From Patescibacteria group bacterium (GTDB lineage: Bacteria > Patescibacteriota > Minisyncoccia > Phycocordibacterales > DATDWN01), in contig JAZKJH010000002.1 of NCBI GenBank assembly GCA_040384485.1, positions 86,235 to 150,234 of the forward strand: a stretch of DNA of 64,000 nucleotides, read 5' to 3'. Positions 36,497 through 46,503 of the stretch are shown in pieces. Under the pieces are notes generated by a model. That model was not told the origin of the DNA. It ran no database searches and was given only the letters and a program-made list of their open reading frames with translations. A program made the position numbers and the translations under genes. Numbering within the stretch: the first letter of the stretch is position 1; each line of letters begins with the position of its first letter.

Positions 36497-37663
36497 ATGA
36501 CATATAAATATAAAGTTACTTATGGTGGTTGGTATCAGAGAACGACTCTACATTTGAGCGAAATTTATAACTTATTTTCGGAAGGTAAATCTAATTTGGA
36601 TTTATCGAAAGCGGAATTAAAGAAGGTATACAAAGCTTTGGAACTGGAAGTAGTGACGAGAGAATCTGGGGCACTAGAGTATGTAAAAGCTATTACTAAA
36701 TCTGGTATAGAGATTCGATATTACGAGGATGGGTTATATATATTGGAAATAGAGAGTGATAATGTGAGTAAGTCTCAAAAACTTCTTGAGGAGTATTTAG
36801 ATAACAAACTAAATCCTGCAATCTCTCTTATTTTTTCTTTGGGAGCACCTACGCCAAAAGTTCTAGCAAACATAAAAACTGTTCACCCGGTTGTTATTAG
36901 TGTAAAAGATGGGGAGGATTTTACTGTTGATGAGTCAAAGTTTGGAAAGGTTTACACAAAAATTTCTAGCAACGACATAACCGTAGCCAAGACTCCAAAG
37001 TTTATTTTCATAATTAACTCTAGTGGTTCCGACAAGTCTGTAAAAGACTTGATAGAAATGCAAGTGTTTTTCCGTGAGTTCAAAGATCAACTGGAGAAGT
37101 ATCTTGCGATTCACAGGAGTATTTGGGAGGAGATATCAGACATCAAAGAGGCGAAAATAATAAAAGGAAAGGATGTAGACGCTATCAGAGGAAAGCTAGA
37201 TGGTTATCAGAAAACCATAAGTCTGATAAGTAACCGTATCAACCAGATGAATTCATATATCAACACTCGTTCTTCTGTTGCAAAGAGTCTAGAAATTGAG
37301 AAAGAGCTGTTGTCTTTGTTTGAATACAAGTTCGAAACTTTAACTGACACATTGTCATACATAAAGGAAATATGGAAAATGACGAGTGACTACTTGGCTT
37401 CAGCCATAGGGAATCTGGTAGAGATAAAAAATCAAACCACCAGTAACAATTTAAAGTCTTTGCAAACAATAACCAGCATTGGAGTAATATCTGGGGTACT
37501 TGGATATTTGTCAGCCAATAAGCTACCAACTATCAGTAGTTCGGGTGTGGTCTACTTTATTATTCTTTTTGCTATTACTTGGCTTATGAACTACGTAATA
37601 GTTAAGAAGTATAAGAACAAAAAGTATAGTTTAAAGTTTGCTGACAGAGCATCAAATATCTAA
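36497..37663 (+). CDS. hypothetical protein with CorA-like C-terminal two-TM architecture (no GMN motif)
   Basis: 388 aa. Soluble N-terminal domain. C-terminal …ISGVLGYLSANKLP…(TM)…VKKYKNKKYSL resembles CorA TM1-loop-TM2 plus a basic tail, but the loop reads GYLSAN instead of GMN. Confidence 0.45.
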   Translation: MTYKYKVTYGGWYQRTTLHLSEIYNLFSEGKSNLDLSKAELKKVYKALELEVVTRESGALEYVKAITKSGIEIRYYEDGLYILEIESDNVSKSQKLLEEYLDNKLNPAISLIFSLGAPTPKVLANIKTVHPVVISVKDGEDFTVDESKFGKVYTKISSNDITVAKTPKFIFIINSSGSDKSVKDLIEMQVFFREFKDQLEKYLAIHRSIWEEISDIKEAKIIKGKDVDAIRGKLDGYQKTISLISNRINQMNSYINTRSSVAKSLEIEKELLSLFEYKFETLTDTLSYIKEIWKMTSDYLASAIGNLVEIKNQTTSNNLKSLQTITSIGVISGVLGYLSANKLPTISSSGVVYFIILFAITWLMNYVIVKKYKNKKYSLKFADRASNI

Positions 37664-37671
37664 TTGTATAT

Positions 37672-38400
37672 ATGGATAGTACTTATAACGTCAAAACTCA
37701 TATCTTTGAAGGGCCACTAGATACACTCCTCGGTCTTATCGAAAAAAGAAAACTTTTTATTAACGATATTTCCTTGGCCCAGGTTGCTGATGACTATATT
37801 GCATATATAAAAAGTCTAGAAAATTTTCCTATTGCCGACTCCGCTCATTTTATTCTCATAGCATCAACATTGGTTCTTATTAAATCCAAGTCGCTATTGC
37901 CTGACCTAGCACTTACTACTGAGGAGCAAGACAGCATTGACGACCTGGAGGATAGACTAAAGCAGTATCAAAAGTATAAAGAGTTAAGTCGTCATCTTAG
38001 GGAAAGATTTGGTATACAAACATCTTATTTCAAGCAACCAAGAAAAGATGCGATTATTCTTTTTGCACCAGACAGAAACACGAATGTCGGAAAACTTTCA
38101 GAAGTTATTCGTTCTATTCTAGCTTCTATTCCAAAACCTGACTTGGTTCCAAAAGCTATGGTCCAAAAAGTTGTGTCTCTTGAGGAAATGATAGAAAGCT
38201 TAACTGACCGAATACAAAGCAGTATGAAAATGAGTTTTAAGGATTTTTCTAAAATGGGAAGAGTAGAAAAAGTAAATGTTATCGTAAGTTTTCTGGCTAT
38301 GTTAGAATTGGTAAAACAAGGAATAATAAATGTGAGACAAGACAGAGATTTTCACGATATCGAAATGGAAACTAATAAAATCGGAGTTCCGACATTTTAA
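37672..38400 (+). CDS. scpA: segregation and condensation protein A
   Basis: …FEGPLDTLLGLIEKRKLFINDISLAQVADDYIAYI is canonical ScpA. Confidence 0.85.
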   Translation: MDSTYNVKTHIFEGPLDTLLGLIEKRKLFINDISLAQVADDYIAYIKSLENFPIADSAHFILIASTLVLIKSKSLLPDLALTTEEQDSIDDLEDRLKQYQKYKELSRHLRERFGIQTSYFKQPRKDAIILFAPDRNTNVGKLSEVIRSILASIPKPDLVPKAMVQKVVSLEEMIESLTDRIQSSMKMSFKDFSKMGRVEKVNVIVSFLAMLELVKQGIINVRQDRDFHDIEMETNKIGVPTF

Positions 38401-38402
38401 AT

Positions 38403-38963
38403 ATGAACATTGAATTAATAAATAAAATAGAGGCAATACTTTTTTATTCAAGCGAACCGGTGAAGGCTAGTTTTTTGGCTAAGGTCCTTGAAGTTGGCGA
38501 GACAGAGATACTGGAGAGTTTGAAACTTTTGGAGGAAACTCTGGGATCAAGAGGTATTCGTTTGTTGTCACATCAAAACGAGGTTAGTTTGGTTACTGCA
38601 CCAGAGTACTCATCTCTAATAGAGGCTATAGTAAAGGAGGAACGTGAAAGAGACCTAGGAAAAGCTAGTCTGGAGACCCTGGCCATAGTTGCCTATAAAG
38701 GGCCTGTCACAAAGAAGGAAATAGAGTATATTAGAGGAGTAAACTCACAGTACGCCCTTAGGAGCCTTCTTCTACGAGGACTTGTGGAAAAGAAAGGGGT
38801 AGAGGGAGATGAACGTATGGTAGGGTATACTATAACGGCTGATGCCTTAAGACACCTAGGTTTGTCCAAGCTTGAGGACCTACCGGAATACACAGCTGTT
38901 AAGCAAGAAATACATAATTCGCTTAAAAATGAGGAGACTGTAGCGGAAGAAACCCAAGAATAA
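38403..38963 (+). CDS. scpB: segregation and condensation protein B
   Basis: Tandem winged-helix domains (…LETLAIVAYKGPVTKKEIEYIRGVNSQYALRSLLLRGLVEK). Confidence 0.85.
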   Translation: MNIELINKIEAILFYSSEPVKASFLAKVLEVGETEILESLKLLEETLGSRGIRLLSHQNEVSLVTAPEYSSLIEAIVKEERERDLGKASLETLAIVAYKGPVTKKEIEYIRGVNSQYALRSLLLRGLVEKKGVEGDERMVGYTITADALRHLGLSKLEDLPEYTAVKQEIHNSLKNEETVAEETQE

Positions 38964-38964
38964 A

Positions 38965-39939
38965 ATGGAGTTTAATATACAAAAAACTGAAGGAAAATTT
39001 GAGCAGGTAATATCCAAAAGACTTCTCGTGCTTAACGGGATTATGGTTTTCGGTATTATCGGAACTGTTTTTTTAATTTATGGACTACTTAACATACCAA
39101 AAGAAGAAGATACTGCTTTTACAAATCCAGTTATTATGTCAAATGCTTTTGCAAATATTGCCATAAACGCTAAGTCCGCATATGTTTTTGATGTATCAGC
39201 AAACCGTGCAGTGTATAAGAAGGATGAGTTTGTGCAGATGCCACTTGCATCTATCACAAAACTTATGACAGCAGTGGTGGCAACAGAAAGTGTTCCTGAA
39301 AATTCTAAAATAACCATTAGAAAAGAATTTCTTCTACCAAGTGGGGATAGTGGTTTGGTGGAAGGAGAAGATTGGAGGCTGAAAGACCTTTTGGACTTTT
39401 CGCTTGTAGTTTCTTCAAACGATGGCACATATTCTATTGCTTCTGTTGTTGGAGCTATGAGTTTAAATTCTACTGACTATGAAATAGGACGCGAGGAGTT
39501 TATTAAAAAAATGAATGATAAGGCAAAAGAGCTTGGTTTGTTTCAAACATACTTTATAAACGACAGCGGGTTGGATGAAGGATTATTGAGTGGTGGTTAT
39601 GGTTCTGCTATAGATGTTGCAAAACTCATGCAATACGCTTTGAAAAACCATTCCAATATTCTAGAAGCAACCAAGTATTCAGAACTGACAATTGACTCTT
39701 TAGATGCATCTCACAGCATTGAAAACACTAACAAGGAAGTAGCTTCTATCCCAGGAGTCATAGCTTCGAAAACCGGTTTTACTGACATGGCAGGCGGTAA
39801 CTTGGTGGTGGCTTTTGATGCCGGCATAGGACAGCCTTTTATAGTGGTAGTACTGGGTGGGACACCGGAAGGAAGGTTTGAAGATATTTCTAAACTTGTT
39901 GCTGCGACCCAACAATATATAACTGAAGAAAATAAATAA
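38965..39939 (+). CDS. dacA: D-alanyl-D-alanine carboxypeptidase (S11, PBP5-like)
   Basis: N-terminal TM. SxxK active-site motif ASITKLMTA. SxN-like …SSND…. Confidence 0.8.
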   Translation: MEFNIQKTEGKFEQVISKRLLVLNGIMVFGIIGTVFLIYGLLNIPKEEDTAFTNPVIMSNAFANIAINAKSAYVFDVSANRAVYKKDEFVQMPLASITKLMTAVVATESVPENSKITIRKEFLLPSGDSGLVEGEDWRLKDLLDFSLVVSSNDGTYSIASVVGAMSLNSTDYEIGREEFIKKMNDKAKELGLFQTYFINDSGLDEGLLSGGYGSAIDVAKLMQYALKNHSNILEATKYSELTIDSLDASHSIENTNKEVASIPGVIASKTGFTDMAGGNLVVAFDAGIGQPFIVVVLGGTPEGRFEDISKLVAATQQYITEENK

Positions 39940-39940
39940 T

Positions 39941-41791
39941 ATGTGTGGAATAGCTGGAATTGTAAATAAAAACGTTGTATCGAAAGATGAGTCTATACAA
40001 AAGATGGTTTCTTGCATTACCCACAGAGGACCGGATGAGGATGGCTTTTTTGTAGACGAGTTTGTGGGTCTTGGTATGCGAAGACTCTCTATTATAGACC
40101 TGTCTTCTGGTAAACAACCTATTTATTCTGCTGATGGGAAAAAACTTATTTTTTTCAACGGGGAAATTTATAACTACAAAGAACTTAGAGAAGAGCTAGT
40201 TGCCACAGGTTCCTTTTTTCAAACCCATTCCGACACTGAAGTTATTTTGACCATGTATGAAAAAATGGGCGAGAAAGCTTTGTTAAAACTACGAGGAATG
40301 TTTGCCTTTGTTATATATAACAAGGAGACTCACGAAGCTTTTGTTGCTCGAGATTATTTTGGTATAAAACCAGTTTATTATTTGTTGGACAGTAACAAAA
40401 AGATTCTTGCATTTGGTTCAGAAATAAAAAGTTTTTCGGGCATTCCTAGCTTTAAAAGCGAAGTAAACGATAATGCTGTTTTCAACTATCTATCGTTCCA
40501 GTACAACCCTTTGGATGAAACTTTCTTTAAAAATGTCTACAAACTTGCTCCCGGTTCTTACATGAAAATAAATACTGAGACAGGTGAATACAAAACCGAA
40601 AAATACTGGTCATTTGAATTTAGAAAGGACAATACATTGAATGAGGAGGAAACTAAGACAAAGATTCTTGAAACCATGCAGGATTCTGTGAGTCACCACA
40701 TGATAGCAGATGTACCTGTCGGCTCATTTCTCTCTGGTGGAATAGACAGCAGTATTATCGCGACTCTTATGCAGAAAATAAGAGTGGATTCAAAGATAAA
40801 AACTTTCACAGTTGGTTGGAACGATTTAACTGAAGGGATAGAGGCCAAAGAGACTTCTAATTTTTTGAACACTGACCACACAGAGATAACAGTAAGCAGT
40901 GATGAGTATTTCAAAGCGCTGCCAAAAGCCGTGTATCATTTTGACGAGCCCGTGGCTGACCCATCTGCTATCGGACTTTATTTTGTTGCAAAGGAAGCTC
41001 GCAAACATGTAAAAGTAGTTTTGTCTGGAGAAGGTTCAGATGAGCTTTTTGGCGGCTATAACATCTACCTTGCTCCTTTTGCTCGAAAAAAACTGGTATG
41101 GATTCCACAATCATTAGTAAACTCAGTTGTAAAAATTTTCGATTCCTTGAATCTAAAGTTCTGGGGTACAAACTATCTCCGAAGACTCAATATGAAACTT
41201 GAGGATTGGTATATCGGTAACGCAACTATCTTTAAGGATGGAGAAATAAATAAAATCTGGAAAGGTCCGTCACCAGAAAAATTTTCATTGAAAAATTTGT
41301 ATTCAAATGTTTCAAATGAGAGCGACTCAGTAAAGATGCAATATATAGATCTAAACACTTGGTTGGTTGGAGATATATTGGCCAAAGCTGACAAAATGAC
41401 TATGGCGAACTCTCTAGAACTTAGAGTCCCGTTTCTAGACATAGAGGTGGCAAAACTTGCGGAGACATTACCTGATAAATTTAAATGGAGAAATGGGGTT
41501 ACTAAATATTTGCTTAGAGAGGCCTTTTCAAAGGTTATTCCAGAAACAACACGTAACAGAAAGAAACTTGGTTTTCCTACTCCGATACGCAACTGGCTTA
41601 CAAAAGACAGAGTGGACTTATGGAAAACAATACTTGAGAATGAATACATAAAAGAAAGGATGGACACTGTTTATATCAAGCAAATTATAGACGATCATAC
41701 TTCTAAAAAAGCTGACAATGCCAGAAAAATCTATCTCCTTTTGATGTTGGCCTTGTGGTATGATGTCTTTATTAAGAAAAATCATTCATAG
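39941..41791 (+). CDS. asnB: asparagine synthetase B (glutamine-hydrolysing)
   Basis: N-terminal MCGIAGIV (Ntn Cys2). PP-loop SGGIDSS. Confidence 0.9.
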   Translation: MCGIAGIVNKNVVSKDESIQKMVSCITHRGPDEDGFFVDEFVGLGMRRLSIIDLSSGKQPIYSADGKKLIFFNGEIYNYKELREELVATGSFFQTHSDTEVILTMYEKMGEKALLKLRGMFAFVIYNKETHEAFVARDYFGIKPVYYLLDSNKKILAFGSEIKSFSGIPSFKSEVNDNAVFNYLSFQYNPLDETFFKNVYKLAPGSYMKINTETGEYKTEKYWSFEFRKDNTLNEEETKTKILETMQDSVSHHMIADVPVGSFLSGGIDSSIIATLMQKIRVDSKIKTFTVGWNDLTEGIEAKETSNFLNTDHTEITVSSDEYFKALPKAVYHFDEPVADPSAIGLYFVAKEARKHVKVVLSGEGSDELFGGYNIYLAPFARKKLVWIPQSLVNSVVKIFDSLNLKFWGTNYLRRLNMKLEDWYIGNATIFKDGEINKIWKGPSPEKFSLKNLYSNVSNESDSVKMQYIDLNTWLVGDILAKADKMTMANSLELRVPFLDIEVAKLAETLPDKFKWRNGVTKYLLREAFSKVIPETTRNRKKLGFPTPIRNWLTKDRVDLWKTILENEYIKERMDTVYIKQIIDDHTSKKADNARKIYLLLMLALWYDVFIKKNHS

Positions 41792-41799
41792 ATATTCCA

Positions 41800-42861
41800 A
41801 TGATCGACATAAACGTCCTAAAAGTTGTAATACCCTCAGTTCTCACATTCTTTCTTGGGATTTTGATTACTCCTTTTTTCACTGATTATTTCTACAAGTA
41901 TAAAATGTGGAAAAAAAGTGCTCGTACAGAAGCAGGGGATATCACCAACACTGATTTTGCAAAGATACACAATACACAAGAGGAGATTTCGACGCCAAGA
42001 ATAGGTGGAGTTATTATTTGGTTTTCAGTTTTGCTGACAGTTTTGACAATATATCTAGTTTCCATAATCTTCCCAACAGAACTCACAGAAAAATTAAACT
42101 TTTTCAGTAGAAGTCAGACTCTTGTCCCTATTGCTGCTATGATTTTCGCATCACTCATCGGTCTTGGAGATGATTTCCTTCAGATTTTTGGTAAAGGAAA
42201 CTATGCTCGAGACCCTATAGTTTACAGAAAAATAAAAATCGCATGTATTGTAGGCATCGGGGCTTTGATAGGGTATTGGTTTTACTTCAAGCTAGAAGTT
42301 AGTAGTATTCACATTCCATTTGGAGGGGAGTTGGAACTTGGTTCTCTGTTCATACCATTTTTTATAATGGTCATGCTTGCAGTTTTTTCTACTAGCGTTA
42401 TTGATGGGATAGATGGTTTGGCTGGTGGAATAATGGCTACTATTTTTACCGCTTATTCTGCTATTGCCTTTGGTTTGAACCAAATAGACATATCCGCGTT
42501 ATGTGCAGTTATTGCTGGGGGGATACTGGCTTTTTTGTGGTTTAACATTCCACCAGCCAGGTTTTATATGGGAGAGACGGGAATGCTCGGACTTACAGTA
42601 ACTCTTTCGGTTATCGCCTTTCTTACAGACTCAGTTCTCATGCTTCCTGTTATTGCTATCCCACTTGTTGCTACATCTGCCTCAGTTATCATTCAAATCA
42701 TCTCCTACAAATATTTTGGAAAAAGAAGAGTATTCAGAGTTACACCACTTCATCATCACTTTGAAGCTATCGGGTGGTCCCGATCTAAAATAGTTATGCG
42801 TTATTGGGTTATCGCTATAGTTTTTGCCATTATTGGAGTTATTGCAACTCTGGTTAGTTAG
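41800..42861 (+). CDS. mraY: phospho-N-acetylmuramoyl-pentapeptide transferase
   Basis: About 10 TM helices. GLGDDF aspartate motif. LHHHFE motif. Confidence 0.85.
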   Translation: MIDINVLKVVIPSVLTFFLGILITPFFTDYFYKYKMWKKSARTEAGDITNTDFAKIHNTQEEISTPRIGGVIIWFSVLLTVLTIYLVSIIFPTELTEKLNFFSRSQTLVPIAAMIFASLIGLGDDFLQIFGKGNYARDPIVYRKIKIACIVGIGALIGYWFYFKLEVSSIHIPFGGELELGSLFIPFFIMVMLAVFSTSVIDGIDGLAGGIMATIFTAYSAIAFGLNQIDISALCAVIAGGILAFLWFNIPPARFYMGETGMLGLTVTLSVIAFLTDSVLMLPVIAIPLVATSASVIIQIISYKYFGKRRVFRVTPLHHHFEAIGWSRSKIVMRYWVIAIVFAIIGVIATLVS

Positions 42862-42894
42862 CTCGTCTTTCAAAAAATGATACAATAGAAATCG

Positions 42895-43992
42895 ATGAAA
42901 AAGACCAAAGTCGATATACCATTTCTAATCTCTATAATAATTCTTGTTGTTGTTGGATATCTAATATTTGCATCAGCATCTCTTGGTTTACTTTCTAAAC
43001 AACCTGAGAAATACGCGAACGTCGCTTTCAATCAAACTTTTTTCGGCTTACTTTTTGGGAGCATAGCTTGTTTTATTGCATCCAGGATTGATTATAAGAT
43101 TTATAAAAAGTTTAGTATTTACATATACATAGCAGCGGCCATTTTAACGCTTTTGGTTTTTATTCCAGGACTTGGTTTTGAACATGGCGGTGCAAAAAGA
43201 TGGATACACCTAGGAGGCTTCTCCTTTCAACCTGGAGAATTTTTGAAAATAGGTTTTATTGCGATTCTGGCGACATGGGTCGCGACTGCAAAGGAAAAAT
43301 TTGGAACATTTAAATTCGGCTTTTTACCTTTTATGATTCTGGCAGGAGTGACTGGGGCAATACTACTTAGCCAACCTGACACAGATACTTTCTTCATTAT
43401 TATTTCAGCAGGACTTGCTATTTTTGTTGCCGGTGGAGGACGATGGAGAGATTTGCTCCTCGGTTTTATGATTGCGGTTGTTTGTGTAGCTGGACTCGCT
43501 TTCACCAAGCCGTACATAATGAACCGTATCCAGACTTACATAAACCCAAGTGAGAATTCCCTTGGGAGTGGTTGGCAGATTCAACAGTCACTCATCGCGA
43601 TAGGTTCCGGCGGATTTTCGGGCAGAGGTTTCGGTCAAAGTATTCAAAAATTCAATGTTCTTCCAGAACCAATCGGGGATTCTATTTTTGCTGTAGCTAG
43701 TGAAGAGTTCGGTTTTGTGGGTTCGGTAACTATCATACTTTTGTTTGTATTTTTTGCTATCAGAGGCCTTAAAATAGCCGTAAAAACCAACGATTTGTTC
43801 GGTAGACTAATGGTTGTGGGAATTGTTATACTGGTAACAACCCAGGCTTTTGTGAATATAGGGGCCATGGTGGGGGTTTTACCCCTGTCTGGCATAACAT
43901 TGCCTTTTGTCAGTCACGGAGGAACATCGCTGTTTATAACCTTATTTATGATGGGAATAGTTTTGAATATATCTAAAAATACTAAAAAATGA
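42895..43992 (+). CDS. ftsW: SEDS-family peptidoglycan glycosyltransferase FtsW/RodA
   Basis: About 10 TM helices. SEDS-like conserved loops. Gene order mraY-ftsW-murG. Confidence 0.85.
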   Translation: MKKTKVDIPFLISIIILVVVGYLIFASASLGLLSKQPEKYANVAFNQTFFGLLFGSIACFIASRIDYKIYKKFSIYIYIAAAILTLLVFIPGLGFEHGGAKRWIHLGGFSFQPGEFLKIGFIAILATWVATAKEKFGTFKFGFLPFMILAGVTGAILLSQPDTDTFFIIISAGLAIFVAGGGRWRDLLLGFMIAVVCVAGLAFTKPYIMNRIQTYINPSENSLGSGWQIQQSLIAIGSGGFSGRGFGQSIQKFNVLPEPIGDSIFAVASEEFGFVGSVTIILLFVFFAIRGLKIAVKTNDLFGRLMVVGIVILVTTQAFVNIGAMVGVLPLSGITLPFVSHGGTSLFITLFMMGIVLNISKNTKK

Positions 43993-45128
43993 AAATACTA
44001 TTTACAGGAGGAGGATCAGGAGGACATTTCTATCCAATCATCGCAGTCGCGCAGGAAATAAATGAGTTGGTAAAAGAGGAACGACTTTTACGTCCAGAAC
44101 TTTTCTATATGTCTACAGATCCTTATAACGAAGGACTACTTTTTGAAAACAATATTTTATTTGAAGGAACTAGCGCTGGGAAAATCCGAAAGGAAAAGTC
44201 TCCACAAAATATCATTTTGAACTTTATTGACCTATGGAAAACAGGTTTCGGAGTACTTTGGGCAGTTTGGAGAATGTTTATTATTTATCCAGATGTTGTT
44301 TTTAGTAAAGGTGGATATGCGAGTTTTCCTGCACTTTTTGCAGCGAGACTTCTTAGAATTCCTGTGGTTATTCACGAATCCGACAGTTCGCCAGGAAAAG
44401 TAAGCAGTTGGGCAGGAAAATTTGCAAAAAGAATAGCCGTTTCGTATCCAGAGGCAGCAAAGTATTTCAAGGAAGAGAAAACTGCTTACACCGGCAACCC
44501 TGTTAGAAAAGAAGTGAGAGAAGTTCTAACTACAGAGGCATATGAACTTTTAGGACTCGACCCAACACTAAAAACAATACTAGTTATTGGAGGTTCCCAA
44601 GGTTCAAGATTTATAAACGAAGTTATTATGGATGCTTTGCCAATGCTCGTTTCAAAATACCAAATAGTACATCAGACTGGAAGAAACAATATTAAAATAA
44701 TGGAGGAAACAAGAGATGTGGTTTTACTGAACAACCCGAACAAAAGTAGATATAAAATGTTCGACTATTTAAATGTGCTTAATACCAGAGCTTCTGCAGG
44801 TGTAGCTGATATTATTGTTTCTCGTGCAGGCTCAGCAATATTTGAGATAGCTTTGTGGGGAAAGCCGTCTATTATTGTGCCAATACCAGAACCAACTTCC
44901 CACGACCAGAGAAACAACGCTTACTCCTATGCTAGAAGTGGGGCGGCAATAGTCATAGAAGAGAAAAACTTGGCTGGGGGAGTTTTGGTGTCAGAAATAG
45001 ATAGAATAATTAACAACCAGTACGAGTATGACAAAATGGCTGAATCAGCGAAATCTTTTGCTCGTTCAGACTCGGCGAGACTTATTGCGAGAGAAATACT
45101 TGCCATAGCAGTAAGTCACGAAAAATAA
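43989..45128 (+). CDS. murG: UDP-GlcNAc:lipid I N-acetylglucosaminyltransferase MurG
   Basis: N-terminal ILFTGGGSGGHFYPIIAV G-loop. GT28 C-terminal domain. Confidence 0.9.
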   Translation: MKILFTGGGSGGHFYPIIAVAQEINELVKEERLLRPELFYMSTDPYNEGLLFENNILFEGTSAGKIRKEKSPQNIILNFIDLWKTGFGVLWAVWRMFIIYPDVVFSKGGYASFPALFAARLLRIPVVIHESDSSPGKVSSWAGKFAKRIAVSYPEAAKYFKEEKTAYTGNPVRKEVREVLTTEAYELLGLDPTLKTILVIGGSQGSRFINEVIMDALPMLVSKYQIVHQTGRNNIKIMEETRDVVLLNNPNKSRYKMFDYLNVLNTRASAGVADIIVSRAGSAIFEIALWGKPSIIVPIPEPTSHDQRNNAYSYARSGAAIVIEEKNLAGGVLVSEIDRIINNQYEYDKMAESAKSFARSDSARLIAREILAIAVSHEK

Positions 45129-45129
45129 A

Positions 45130-46503
45130 ATGCAAGAAAATACAGATAAAAAAGTAATAGTAAGGTTCCCGCCGTCACCGACGGGGAATCTTCATATTGG
45201 AACAGCGAGAACTCTACTTTTTAACTTTTTGTTTTCTAGAAAACATTCTGGAAAAATAGTTATGAGAAGCGAGGACACTGACAAGGAACGTTCTAAACCA
45301 GAGTTTGAAGAAAATATTTTAGATGGATTAAAATGGCTCGGACTTTCTTTTGACGAATTTTCTCGACAATCAGAGCGAGCAGAGATCCACAAATCTTATT
45401 TAAAAAAAATGGTTGAGTCGGGTACAGCATATGTATCAAAAGAACCTTCTAAGAATAATCCAGACGTTGAGGTAGAAGTTATACGTCTAAAAAACCCAGG
45501 CAAGGTAGTTACATTTAATGATGTGGTAAGAGGTGATATAACTTTCGATACGACTGAATTATCTGACTTTGTCATTGCCAAAAACTTTGATGAGCCATTG
45601 TATCACTTGGCGGTTGTAGTAGATGACTTTGAGATGGGTGTCACTCACGTTATACGAGGCGAGGACCATATTTCTAATACTCCTAGACAAATACTCATCC
45701 AAGAAGCTATCGGCGCTCCTAGGCCAGTATATGCCCATATCCCACTTATTCTAGGTGCCGACAGATCCAAATTATCTAAGCGCCACGGGGCAACCTCTTT
45801 GGTGGAATACAGAAACCAAGGCTATCTTCCTGAAGCACTTATAAACTACCTAGCCCTCCTAGGATGGAACCCAGGGACTGACAAAGAGCTGTTTACTATG
45901 GATGAGCTTATGACAGAGTTTTCACTAGAGAAAGTTCAGACGGGTGGTGCTATTTTTGACCAAGTAAAACTTGACTGGATAAACAAGGAACACATGAAGA
46001 ATTTACCTAAGGAGACTGTAATAAAAGAGATTATGGCTCGTCTCAATAAGAGTCCGATATTGGCTCAGAATTCTAAAACTTCTGACCCGGATTTTATCAA
46101 TAAAATTTCTAATATTATTACTCAGCATATTTCTAAATGGGGTGACATAGATACTATGGTTGAGGCAGGGGATTTATCATTTTTCTTCAATTCACCTAGT
46201 TACTCAAAGGAGCTTTTGTCATGGAAAGGCGCTCCTTTGGAGGAGTCTGAGGCTCACCTACAGTGGGTGGCTGATGCTTTGGAGAAAGCAGGGGAAGATA
46301 AGTACTCTAATCCAGAGGAAATCAAATCCCTGATATTTGACTATGCGACTGAGAAAGGGAAGGGTAATGTTTTGTGGCCACTACGAGTGGCACTGTCAGG
46401 TAGAGAAAAAAGTCCTGACCCCTTTAGTCTTATATATGTTTTAGGTAAAGAAGAAGCAATAGAAAGAACCAAAGCTGCAGTTTGGAAAATTAAAAATGCA
46501 TAA
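45130..46503 (+). CDS. gltX: glutamyl-tRNA synthetase
   Basis: RFPPSPTGNLHIGTART (HIGH-type motif), KLSKRHG (KMSKS-type motif). Confidence 0.9.
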   Translation: MQENTDKKVIVRFPPSPTGNLHIGTARTLLFNFLFSRKHSGKIVMRSEDTDKERSKPEFEENILDGLKWLGLSFDEFSRQSERAEIHKSYLKKMVESGTAYVSKEPSKNNPDVEVEVIRLKNPGKVVTFNDVVRGDITFDTTELSDFVIAKNFDEPLYHLAVVVDDFEMGVTHVIRGEDHISNTPRQILIQEAIGAPRPVYAHIPLILGADRSKLSKRHGATSLVEYRNQGYLPEALINYLALLGWNPGTDKELFTMDELMTEFSLEKVQTGGAIFDQVKLDWINKEHMKNLPKETVIKEIMARLNKSPILAQNSKTSDPDFINKISNIITQHISKWGDIDTMVEAGDLSFFFNSPSYSKELLSWKGAPLEESEAHLQWVADALEKAGEDKYSNPEEIKSLIFDYATEKGKGNVLWPLRVALSGREKSPDPFSLIYVLGKEEAIERTKAAVWKIKNA

